Shown piece by piece: positions 40,742 through 49,418 of a stretch of DNA of 54,181 nucleotides. The stretch is from assembly GCA_043732185.1 (NCBI GenBank), contig JAYTHY010000125.1:1-54181 (forward strand), given 5' to 3'. Positions within the stretch are counted from its first letter, which is position 1. Each line of letters begins with the position of its first letter. The DNA is from Fibrobacteria bacterium. Lineage in GTDB: Bacteria > Fibrobacterota > Fibrobacteria > UBA11236. The notes beneath the pieces are model-generated. The model was not told where the DNA came from and ran no database searches. It saw nothing but the letters and a program-made list of their open reading frames with translations. A program made the position numbers and the translations under genes.

Positions 40742-40774
40742 ATAGGGCCCTCTAAAAGGGCCCTATTTTATTTT
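40742..40774 (+). terminator. Rho-independent terminator between convergent genes
   Basis: ATAGGGCCCT-CTAAA-AGGGCCCTAT 10-bp stem followed by TTTATTTT. Confidence 0.8.
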
Positions 40775-40814
40775 AGCTGAAATGACAGAAATTTTTAATG
40801 CGATACAACGCGGC

Positions 40815-41501
40815 TCACAGCCCCATTTTTACAAATACGGTGTCGCGAATTTGGTTTCTTAAAAACTCTATTCTTAAATCACACCTTTCTTTGCCGCTCA
40901 CATTGAAGTACACCATCCCCGTTTTGTTGCCATTGGGCGGGACTTCAAATTTATCGACCTGATTGCTCTTCAAATCTTTTAGGAACGCTGTATTGCTCGA
41001 GCTCGCTGTAGCCACATTAATTATTGTAATCGGAAGTCCCACAGGAAGCCAAAAGGAGCTACACCCTGACTGGGAATCACAACTTGTCGAACCAAACCAA
41101 ATAAGACTATAAAACCAATAACCGTAAACCCAGAAATGCAGTGGATAATAGGTTTCAAACGCAGAAATGCCGGTATGGGTCTCTGACGGACCAACGAGTG
41201 ATACACTGCCATAATTGAGCCTAATGGTATCCGCCGATTTGTTATCAACATGAATTTCGATAATTCGGGTATTGTTAAGGCCTGCTTTTGCCGCAATCCG
41301 TGGGTTGGATTCCAGACTTTTGATTCCACCCGAAAAAGCCACGTCTTGTTTCGTTGTGCTCTGCATGGAAGCGACCCTTTCTCCAGAAATGGGGTGATAG
41401 GAAACGGCACAACTTGAAAAAAGTAGTGTTGCCATGACAAAGACAAAATTGTGTTTATGCAACAGCAAACTTTTATGTTTAAAACCATTGGTGTTTTTCA
41501 T
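40815..41501 (-). CDS. Hypothetical lipoprotein
   Basis: Probable start ATG 41501. Lipobox-like LLFSSC. Internal hydrophobic hairpin with CDSQSGC. Confidence 0.65.
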   Translation of the reverse strand: MKNTNGFKHKSLLLHKHNFVFVMATLLFSSCAVSYHPISGERVASMQSTTKQDVAFSGGIKSLESNPRIAAKAGLNNTRIIEIHVDNKSADTIRLNYGSVSLVGPSETHTGISAFETYYPLHFWVYGYWFYSLIWFGSTSCDSQSGCSSFWLPVGLPITIINVATASSSNTAFLKDLKSNQVDKFEVPPNGNKTGMVYFNVSGKERCDLRIEFLRNQIRDTVFVKMGL

Positions 41502-41663
41502 GGAATCCAATTTGAAGTGTGAGGAATTGGTAAAGGTACTTAACTCATTTAGGTAAACTGGCTGTCTTTTCCAAGTATGAAAAAAGACCTTCCTAATGCA
41601 ATCACCACGATTTTCATGGCATAATCGGAAGCGACTTGTCTGTAAACCATTTGAGGGCGAACA

Positions 41664-42998
41664 ATGCGGACAATTATTACCCATCTAAAACCACTCTCCA
41701 TTGGTATTCTTTTCTGGACGGCTTCATTCTGTCAGGCCCAATCGTGGCACACCGACTCGCTGACCGTGGTGATGCTCATTGATTCGAATCGTATTAAGAC
41801 CAAAACCTTTGCAAATATTGTCACGGCTGAAAGTGGGCGGATAACGGCGCTTGATTTTTCCAAATGCAATCTTCAGAGTCTTTCCGGAATCATTGGGAAT
41901 ATGGATGCTTTGACAACTCTTATTCTCAGTCAAAACAATTTGAAGACTTTACCGACTGAAATCGGCTACTGTACTAAACTGACTTCTATTTATCTGAAGG
42001 GGAATACTTTCAAATCTTTACCGACTTCCGTTTCAAAATTGACAAATCTGATTTTTTTGGATCTTTCGGACAACCTTTTGGATTCCATTCCGAAGCAGGT
42101 TTTTGCCATGGCCAGCCTCAAAGAATTATGGCTGAACAACAATTTATTGAAGAGCATCCCTCCCGAAATTGACAGCTTGCAATCTCTGACCAAACTCAGC
42201 ATTGTGCATAACCAACTTTCCACCATTGCACCCGAAATCGGCAAACTCTCCAAGCTGAGTGAACTCGTGGTAGAGACTAATAAGTTGGTAAAGCTTCCAT
42301 CAGAAATTGGAAATTGTACGGCTTTACAAGGCGTTTCATTAAGCGGAAACCAATTGGATTCCCTGCCGGACAGTTTCGGGAATCTATCACATCTCTTAAC
42401 TTTGAGTCTGGTTGGGAATAAGTTTACGGAAGTGCCCAACAGTATGCTCAGGCTTTCGTCCTTAGTCAGTTTGAAACTCGGATACAATGCGCTGACCAAG
42501 CTTCCGGACTCTATTGCCCAACTTTCCAAGTTACAGACGGTATACCTTAACAACAATCGACTAACTGCGTTACCAGCAAGCGTTTCTAAATTGGGACCCC
42601 TCCAGATTCTTGACGTTTCACACAATATTCTCTGCAATCTTGACCCAAAAATTTCGACCTGGATTGATCTTTATGATAAAACCTGGCGAGCCTCTCAGGA
42701 GGGCTGCAGTATTGTACTTGGATTTAAGGACTCGAAAGGCAAGGACAAAAATCGGGCAGGGTTGAGCATTATCAGGCAGGTTGGGGCCTCGTCTTTTACA
42801 ATCCGTTTTCCACGAGCTGGAAATTGGGAGGTCATTATCTCGCGCCTATCTGGTGCGCGTGTTTTCTCGAAGTCCTTTAGATCAAGCCAAGCGGGAAGCG
42901 AATTTCAATTTGATATGCCGCATACTTTCCTGCCCCGCCTATCCGTCCAAGTGACGTCTTTTCCAGAAGGCCGATCCAGACCAGCGCTGATCTTTTGA
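41664..42998 (+). CDS. Secreted leucine-rich-repeat protein
   Basis: Signal peptide. About 11-12 repeats of 23 aa (LxxLxLxxNxLxxLPxxIG), a Cys-flanked cap and a C-terminal beta-rich tail. Confidence 0.92.
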   Translation: MRTIITHLKPLSIGILFWTASFCQAQSWHTDSLTVVMLIDSNRIKTKTFANIVTAESGRITALDFSKCNLQSLSGIIGNMDALTTLILSQNNLKTLPTEIGYCTKLTSIYLKGNTFKSLPTSVSKLTNLIFLDLSDNLLDSIPKQVFAMASLKELWLNNNLLKSIPPEIDSLQSLTKLSIVHNQLSTIAPEIGKLSKLSELVVETNKLVKLPSEIGNCTALQGVSLSGNQLDSLPDSFGNLSHLLTLSLVGNKFTEVPNSMLRLSSLVSLKLGYNALTKLPDSIAQLSKLQTVYLNNNRLTALPASVSKLGPLQILDVSHNILCNLDPKISTWIDLYDKTWRASQEGCSIVLGFKDSKGKDKNRAGLSIIRQVGASSFTIRFPRAGNWEVIISRLSGARVFSKSFRSSQAGSEFQFDMPHTFLPRLSVQVTSFPEGRSRPALIF

Positions 42999-44036
42999 GT
43001 AATAGGTTTTCCTAATCTGTAGATAATGTGCGAATGCGCTTTCAATGGATTTTGAATAAGCGGACAATGCTTCCCGATTGCCACTAAAAACCTCGTCAAT
43101 GGTCTTGGCCGCCTCTATTCCAGAATTCAATCCTTTGTAAATCCCTTGAGAAGAAAGCGGATCGAAAGACAATGCCGCATCTCCAATAGCCAGCCAATTG
43201 GAACCGGCGGCAGGAAATGTTACAGCACTTTGAGCGGCCAATGGTTGCAGGTTGGAAAGCATATTGCCAGCTTGGATCCGATGTTTTGTATAGGCAGATG
43301 ACTCAAGGCATTCCTGCCAAAAACCGCTTGATTGCTTTTTGGATCGCGCGTAAATATCCGCATCCGTCATAAAGACGGCAACGGTTTTATCTTCAGGCAA
43401 ATCCGCGGAATACCACCATCCATTTTCTATGGATTCAATCAGCGTGCAGCCAGAATACCGAGATTCGTCTTTCTGAGTTGGGAAATAGGCCGCTACGCCC
43501 ATCAGTTTATCAGACAGCACGCGCTTGGCTCCTTTTTGCTTGGCAACCACCGCAGCGCGGCCCGTTGCATCGACCATAAATCGTGCGCAATATTCCTGGG
43601 TAGATTCCTTGAATTGCACGTTCAAGCTCCAACCTCCATCAGGATTGTCAGAACTCTGGATTACCGACGCGCCCCGTAGAACCTTGGCGCCAGCTTTTTC
43701 CGAAGCACGCAGCATCATCGAATCAAATTTTATTCGATCCAGATTCCATCCATTGCCATAGGGGTTAAAGATGAAGTTGTTTTCATACAACTCCGCCTGT
43801 CCCCAGGACGATTGAATGCCGCTCGATTTTAAATGGTTGTCTGACAGGAAGCGCTCCCAAACCCCCAATTTTACTAGGGGTTCGCGCACCTTCGGGACCA
43901 GAGTTTCACCGTAGCGGATTCCATCCAGCGGACTTTTTTCGATCAGGAGAACCGAATAGCCTTTTTGCAATACTGCAATAGCTGCGGAAGCGCCTGCTGG
44001 ACCTCCCCCCAAAACGGCTACATCGAATGTTTGCAA
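42939..44036 (-). CDS. LodB/GoxB-like FAD-dependent oxidoreductase (CTQ maturation flavoprotein)
   Basis: DVAVLGGGPAG, GETL, VDATGR, ENGWWYSA and AIGDAALSFDPLSSQGI motifs. Directly downstream of the LodA-like gene. Confidence 0.88.
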   Translation of the reverse strand: MQTFDVAVLGGGPAGASAAIAVLQKGYSVLLIEKSPLDGIRYGETLVPKVREPLVKLGVWERFLSDNHLKSSGIQSSWGQAELYENNFIFNPYGNGWNLDRIKFDSMMLRASEKAGAKVLRGASVIQSSDNPDGGWSLNVQFKESTQEYCARFMVDATGRAAVVAKQKGAKRVLSDKLMGVAAYFPTQKDESRYSGCTLIESIENGWWYSADLPEDKTVAVFMTDADIYARSKKQSSGFWQECLESSAYTKHRIQAGNMLSNLQPLAAQSAVTFPAAGSNWLAIGDAALSFDPLSSQGIYKGLNSGIEAAKTIDEVFSGNREALSAYSKSIESAFAHYLQIRKTYYSKDQRWSGSAFWKRRHLDG

Positions 44037-44055
44037 AAAATGGGTGTAACCCGGT

Positions 44056-45576
44056 TTAGGGATTACGCTCCGATTCTAAATATTTTTCACCTTTTTTAAT
44101 CACGAATCCCAGGTGATGCCACTTGTCCACCATGGTCTGGAAATCGGTCACATGCCACCTGGTCCATTTGTGCATTTCCGGTGAATCGTCCGTAAAGACA
44201 TAATCAGGCCGTTGTGCCGGCCACCAAGCTAGCTCTTCATCCTGCTGACAGTCGAAGAAATCAGCTTGCCAAGGCAGTGCCATTTGCTTGGTGAGGTCAC
44301 CGGCTTCAAGGACAGCATGCGACAAGCGGAAGGGTTCGCTGAACTCGAAATGATCCCTCAAAAACCAGCTGGCTTCCATGCCCGGATAAAATGGGCCGCC
44401 GATGCAGTTTTCCAACGCCGCTTTATCCAATCCCTCGGGCGTAATTTCTGTAACGGGTGTAGGCAATCCAGACCAGTCCTTGATAAAATCACCCTCCGCC
44501 CATTTTTTCAAATACGCGTATTGCCATTTGCACAGCGTTTCGTTGCGGGGTTCGCCATTCTTTTTTTTCTGATCCTGATAATAATCACTCCAGAGCATGG
44601 GCATATCATTATCATCGCCGCCTAGGGGATCGTTCGGGTCGGTGAGTTTGGCAAATACCCGGTTTCTCAGTTGATCATTCGAGATAATCGGCATGCTGTC
44701 TTCCATGGCATTGTGCTTGCTTTCCATGGTCTTGGGCCTAGTGCCATGCGCCTGATGCATTTTCCACATCATCATGCTTACCCATTTTAGATTGTTGGCT
44801 CGGGTTAGAATGGGATAGAGGTCCTTTGTGAAGGAAGGGATTTCCGGAATCTTCAGCGACAATTTATCGATGGCCACCTGCAGCAAGGTGTCGTAAAGGT
44901 TGATGACATTGGTCAAGGGCGGCGCGAAATCCGGGGGAGCGCAGATAACCCAAGCGGGTGAGGCTGTGAGCGTATGAGTCGAGCCGTTGAGTTTTACTGT
45001 GGCGGTGACGGGCCCATCGGAAACATCATCATGCCAATCGTTATTGTTGGCGAATTCGGTAAGCGGTTTATTGTGCGGAGAAGCGGAATGGCCAAAACCA
45101 CCTAGTACCAGCAACCGCCCATCCTTATCGGTTTTCATAAGTCCCAGTGGAACAGTATCTGCATAGAATCGGCCGGAATCAAAAACCGCCGTGGCGTTGA
45201 TTTCGTCCAACGACCTTTCGCCTGGATCAATGATAAGCTTGCTCCGATTCTTCTCTCGCGCATTTCTGAGCGGAGCATTGGGATTAAGGCCATCAAATTC
45301 CTTCCACGCGGCCTTTTTATTAGCCAGGTGCGCGGTCCATTTGATTTTGGCGTCAGCGGCCGTGATTTCCTTAACGACATTTCCGTGTTTATCATATCCA
45401 AAAATTCTGAATCGGGCCGCCTGCCGTTTTACCCGCATCTGAGAATCCTTATACCCACCAGTAGGTGGATCGTTGACGCCCGGTAATTCCGGACCAATGA
45501 AGTACTGATCCGGGCTATTGCCTAAGCGGGCAATGCCAATGGCAGGGTGAATTTTGAAGGATGTAATCGGATGCAT
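44056..45576 (-). CDS. LodA/GoxA-family CTQ-dependent amino-acid oxidase
   Basis: IHPAIGIARLGNS, VKRQAARFRIFGYD, HLANKKAAW, GRLLVLGGFG, WHDDVSDGPV, CIGGPFYPGME (CTQ Cys), MALPWQADF (CTQ Trp), WWPAQRP. Confidence 0.93.
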   Translation of the reverse strand: MHPITSFKIHPAIGIARLGNSPDQYFIGPELPGVNDPPTGGYKDSQMRVKRQAARFRIFGYDKHGNVVKEITAADAKIKWTAHLANKKAAWKEFDGLNPNAPLRNAREKNRSKLIIDPGERSLDEINATAVFDSGRFYADTVPLGLMKTDKDGRLLVLGGFGHSASPHNKPLTEFANNNDWHDDVSDGPVTATVKLNGSTHTLTASPAWVICAPPDFAPPLTNVINLYDTLLQVAIDKLSLKIPEIPSFTKDLYPILTRANNLKWVSMMMWKMHQAHGTRPKTMESKHNAMEDSMPIISNDQLRNRVFAKLTDPNDPLGGDDNDMPMLWSDYYQDQKKKNGEPRNETLCKWQYAYLKKWAEGDFIKDWSGLPTPVTEITPEGLDKAALENCIGGPFYPGMEASWFLRDHFEFSEPFRLSHAVLEAGDLTKQMALPWQADFFDCQQDEELAWWPAQRPDYVFTDDSPEMHKWTRWHVTDFQTMVDKWHHLGFVIKKGEKYLESERNP

Positions 45577-45610
45577 ACTTTTTTACATGGTCCTCTATGG
45601 ATTTACAGTT

Positions 45611-47350
45611 TCAGGTCAGTTTAACCCATTTGGCAATAGATGGAACACCGTTGCCATTGAGAACAAAAAGCATGTAATAGCCTTTGGGCGCAAAGGCATG
45701 GAGGCTGCCGCCATCCGGTGCGGTGGCGATTAAGTTATTGGGATGCGCATGGTCGTGAAGAAAAGACAACTCAATCACCCGCTGATTGGTTTCGGTTTGA
45801 TGGGTAACGGCCATGGGTTTCACCAGGGTGACTCTGGTGATCATGGTTGCATCCGGAGTAGCAATGGTAAATTGTGCACCAAAGTTTACCGTGGCCGGAA
45901 CGCTGGCAATGGTGGGACGGGCTCCTTTGAATAAATAGGGCGGGCTAAAAATTTCAATGGTACCGCTGCTTGCATCATTTGCCCAACCGGACATCATTAC
46001 TTTTCCGCTGGGCAGAAGAATCATTACGGAATGATACATGCGCACGGAAGCTAAATTGGCCATCGCCGACCAGATATTGGCAACTGGATCAAAAAGCATG
46101 CAAGGTGAATTTGAAGAATCGACTCCGCCTGCGACAAAGACAGTATTATCGGGTAGTAGAACAGCATTTGGTTGCCGCCGGGGATTGGAGTCGGGCAATG
46201 GCGCAGTCAATGCCCAAGAACTTGCCGTGGACAGGAACGAGGCATCGATGATTTCAGCCGCTGCGTTGATGCCGGATCCGGAGGCTTCACTCCCCCCCAC
46301 CACTAGAATGCGTGTATGCGGGCAGGTATTTCTGTAGAGTACCACCGACATGCCTTTGGCCCGGTTTAGCGTGGACGGTGCGATGGGACTCCAAGTCCCG
46401 GCGGTAGGTCCGGTAAAATGAAGCATGGCAGAGTCGTCGTTGGTGGCCGGGGCCCCACCGCCAGCGCTGCCCCAACCTGTTCGCGTGTAGAAAAGCACGT
46501 TATTGGGAAGCAGATGCAGGCCGGGATAAAGATTAGGAAATCCTAAAGTAGCGCCGCTTACACTTACAAAGGAATCGGACACTTCATCATAGATTTCAAT
46601 ATCATTTTGCAACACCGCATTTTGATCCCAGCCGCCAACTACCAGCATGCGGTTATCGCCTGTCGTGACAGCTGTCGGATACCATCTTACCTTGTTCATA
46701 TCGCCGCCGGTTTTAGTCCAGGTTTTGGCGACAGGATCAAATTTGAAACCTTTATTCGCTCCGGCCAATGGCCCGAATCCGCCGCCGCCCACAACGAGCA
46801 GTTTCCCATCGGAAAGAAAGCTATGCCCGCTACAGGTTAATGAATAGCTAGGGTTGTTGACGGGAAACTCGAACTGGGGGTTGATTTCATCACTCGGATC
46901 CCAAATGGGTGTGGGGCCATTGTCCAGAAAGAGTACCTCACCCGTATGCAATAGCGCCGCATGCACAATGCTGACGCTGCCACCGCCTTGCCTTGGGATA
47001 GTGTAAGGCAAAGTCTTCCAGCTTCCGAAAATGGCGTCGCTCAAAAAGTCGAAAAGTTTTCCGAACTTTATATCGGCAACTTTAAAAACCTGATCCAAGT
47101 GGGTGAAGCCCATGGGAAACTGTTGCTCCCGCAACGCGAAGAGCGCCTGTGCGGAACGAGCGTCCATCAGCATCGGCTGCTTTACATTGGTTTTTTCTGC
47201 GGGCCCCATGTCTGCCATCTGTTCCGCCGACATGGGGCGGACAGGTATGTTCATGAGATCAAACGGGCTGCCTGCATCATTAATGAACTTCAATATCCGC
47301 CGGTGATGGGCAGGATTGATTTTAGCGATTTCGTCAGCCCGTTCTTTCAT
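45611..47350 (-). CDS. Copper-radical oxidase (galactose/glyoxal oxidase-like, kelch + DUF1929) with N-terminal HhH-like extension
   Basis: TCSGH (Cys), RWYPT (Tyr), RMYHS (Tyr-His), VTHQ (His), EIFSPPYLF, APKGYYMLFVLN..GVPS. Start ATG 47350 with GAGGAG RBS. Confidence 0.9.
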   Translation of the reverse strand: MKERADEIAKINPAHHRRILKFINDAGSPFDLMNIPVRPMSAEQMADMGPAEKTNVKQPMLMDARSAQALFALREQQFPMGFTHLDQVFKVADIKFGKLFDFLSDAIFGSWKTLPYTIPRQGGGSVSIVHAALLHTGEVLFLDNGPTPIWDPSDEINPQFEFPVNNPSYSLTCSGHSFLSDGKLLVVGGGGFGPLAGANKGFKFDPVAKTWTKTGGDMNKVRWYPTAVTTGDNRMLVVGGWDQNAVLQNDIEIYDEVSDSFVSVSGATLGFPNLYPGLHLLPNNVLFYTRTGWGSAGGGAPATNDDSAMLHFTGPTAGTWSPIAPSTLNRAKGMSVVLYRNTCPHTRILVVGGSEASGSGINAAAEIIDASFLSTASSWALTAPLPDSNPRRQPNAVLLPDNTVFVAGGVDSSNSPCMLFDPVANIWSAMANLASVRMYHSVMILLPSGKVMMSGWANDASSGTIEIFSPPYLFKGARPTIASVPATVNFGAQFTIATPDATMITRVTLVKPMAVTHQTETNQRVIELSFLHDHAHPNNLIATAPDGGSLHAFAPKGYYMLFVLNGNGVPSIAKWVKLT

Positions 47351-47367
47351 TTTATGCTCCTCAATAC

Positions 47368-49308
47368 CTACATGGAGATTGTGATGGAACCGACCATAGG
47401 CGCACCGTGAATCCCACATTGGAAATCCACCCTATCGCCCATGCCGCCAGTCATGATTACCGTTTTCATGCCCAACGGAACCGGGGTGGCGGAATTGGCA
47501 GCCAAGTTTCCACCAGGACCGCCATTCACTTCGGGTCTATTGATGCTGCCGGTCTTGCTCACCGTAGTCACGGAATGAAACGTGTCCACAAAATTAAAGG
47601 TGACCACCGTGCCGGAGGGTACAGAAATATCCTTGGGTGTGAACTCGAAATTCTTGACTGTAATTGTAGCGGCTGGAGCAATGTCCTCATCCGGACACAT
47701 TTCGCCACGAGGCAAAATGACCGCCTGTCCGCCGTCCACAATCAGCAAAGAACCCATCATGCCGCTCATCATATGGTCCAGGAAATGGCAATGCATATGC
47801 CACTCGCCTTTGGAATCGTTGGGCGATTTTCCACCGGCGCGCATAAAGCTGCCAACCGCTCCATTGATGGTAAAGCCAAAGGAACTGGCGGGCCCAAAAA
47901 TACGCGTGTCTTCGAACTGGGAAACGGCTTTGACTTGGGCGCTGCCCTGTATAGCACCGGCAGTATTTCCATCCGGTCCCGGCACCGTCCAGCGATGTCC
48001 ATGGATATGGAACGTATGCACATCCCCCGTTTGGCCCATGCCCACAACGCCAAAACGCATTTTGGTAGATGTGCCGGCCACCACAGAAGGCGTATTGCCT
48101 AAGTAGGTTCTTCCGTTGATATTCATGCCCGGGGAACTGGTCAGCTTGTGATAGAGCTGAAGGTAAATCGCCTGCGTTGGCGGAGTTTTATAATGACTGG
48201 TGCAAAGACCCTTGATAGCCGTCAAGTCCGTATTCAAGTGGAACAAAACGTTGTTCTCTTGAACGACTCGGCCTATATCGGCGGGAAAGGTTTTCGCCAC
48301 CTTATGCGTGGCCATATTCATTTCATGGGGTCCGCCTGGATGGATCAAGTCGAGAATATGCGGATCCACCATACCCAATTTTTCCCGAATCCCGGCGTCT
48401 ACAAAAACTTCCGCTGGCAGATTGAAACAAGTGAGCGCAACGGGATTTCCAATTTGACTATTGTCTGGAAAGTCGGCATTGGATACCGTGAAATCATTTT
48501 CAGTATCGGCCGGGTTATGGATAATGACCATTCCAATCGCGCCTAAACCCATGTTTTTATCATCGCAGAAGGAATGATCATGATAGAGCCAGACCCCTGC
48601 AGTGCTGGGCCAGCCCTGCGTTGTCCAGCTGTACACAAAGGTGCCGCCAGGAGGTATCCGGTCACCCATTTTAAGCGTGCCAAAGTTAGTGCTGGCACCC
48701 GGGGCCACGGTGTTCCAAAGTGCTGTTTCATTGGGTCCGGCAATCTGTCCTGCCACCGGCGTGGTACCGTCTACCCGCTGGGTGGCATCCGCACCGGAAA
48801 GAGGATAGGCTCCATCATGCTCTTGCTTGAAGACAAAACCGTGCACATGCAAGCTGTGGGCGCGAGCCTTGGTGGACTTGGTCGAACGCATATCCAAATT
48901 GCGGAAATGGACTTTAATTTCTTCACCGACATTGCATTCAATGGGAGGACCGGGAATGGTTCCCATGGTGCCGCTATCGGTTGGATCTTTTTCATTGATG
49001 TCCCAAGGATTCACTTTACGATCATCGGGTACGGCCCACTCCGCAATCCCGGCGGCCGGGTCCGGTGCTTTATACCTTCGGAAAATAAGGGCCTCCATGA
49101 CCTTTCCATCCGTATCTCGAAGAGGCGCATACATTCTGCGGGTATGGCTTACACGAACACCAGTGCCTGCCGCATTGGGCGATGTGATGGTGACGACTTC
49201 CGATGCCTTTCCAGTGATGGCAAGGGCATTTCTACCCGTCATGCGGTCGATATTATTCGGCATGGTGTCCCAGTACCTGTTTTCCAGTTGAATCCAAATT
49301 TCCGGCAT
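47368..49308 (-). CDS. Two-domain (small-laccase-like) multicopper oxidase with extra C-terminal cupredoxin domain
   Basis: HSLHVHG, WLYHDH, HTFHIHGH and HMHCHFLDHMMSGM motifs. C-terminal FTPKDISVPSGTVVTF..FHSV...CGIHGAPMVG. Confidence 0.9.
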   Translation of the reverse strand: MPEIWIQLENRYWDTMPNNIDRMTGRNALAITGKASEVVTITSPNAAGTGVRVSHTRRMYAPLRDTDGKVMEALIFRRYKAPDPAAGIAEWAVPDDRKVNPWDINEKDPTDSGTMGTIPGPPIECNVGEEIKVHFRNLDMRSTKSTKARAHSLHVHGFVFKQEHDGAYPLSGADATQRVDGTTPVAGQIAGPNETALWNTVAPGASTNFGTLKMGDRIPPGGTFVYSWTTQGWPSTAGVWLYHDHSFCDDKNMGLGAIGMVIIHNPADTENDFTVSNADFPDNSQIGNPVALTCFNLPAEVFVDAGIREKLGMVDPHILDLIHPGGPHEMNMATHKVAKTFPADIGRVVQENNVLFHLNTDLTAIKGLCTSHYKTPPTQAIYLQLYHKLTSSPGMNINGRTYLGNTPSVVAGTSTKMRFGVVGMGQTGDVHTFHIHGHRWTVPGPDGNTAGAIQGSAQVKAVSQFEDTRIFGPASSFGFTINGAVGSFMRAGGKSPNDSKGEWHMHCHFLDHMMSGMMGSLLIVDGGQAVILPRGEMCPDEDIAPAATITVKNFEFTPKDISVPSGTVVTFNFVDTFHSVTTVSKTGSINRPEVNGGPGGNLAANSATPVPLGMKTVIMTGGMGDRVDFQCGIHGAPMVGSITISM

Positions 49309-49418
49309 GAATCATCCTTTGCGATGCGTTGTGTAACGCGTATACCCTCTGCCTACTCTGGAACGGATTTTCGGCTTACTCCGATGTTGAACAGACCTCC
49401 CACCGCTAATTCGGGCGG

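Noticed and set aside
41850..42640. Periodic sequence as a DNA repeat array or CRISPR
   Set aside because: The 69-nt periodicity is explained by protein-level LRR repeats. There are no identical direct repeats with spacers.
42939..44036. Flavoprotein as a tryptophan halogenase
   Set aside because: Its length and position directly after a LodA-like gene fit LodB/GoxB, and it has GWWYSA rather than the halogenase WxWxIP motif.
45576..45588. In-frame ATG-TAA minigene 12 nt upstream of the lodA start
   Set aside because: It is real in the sequence, but the RBS spacing is too short to argue for translation, and lodA from 45576 contains the full conserved N-terminus.
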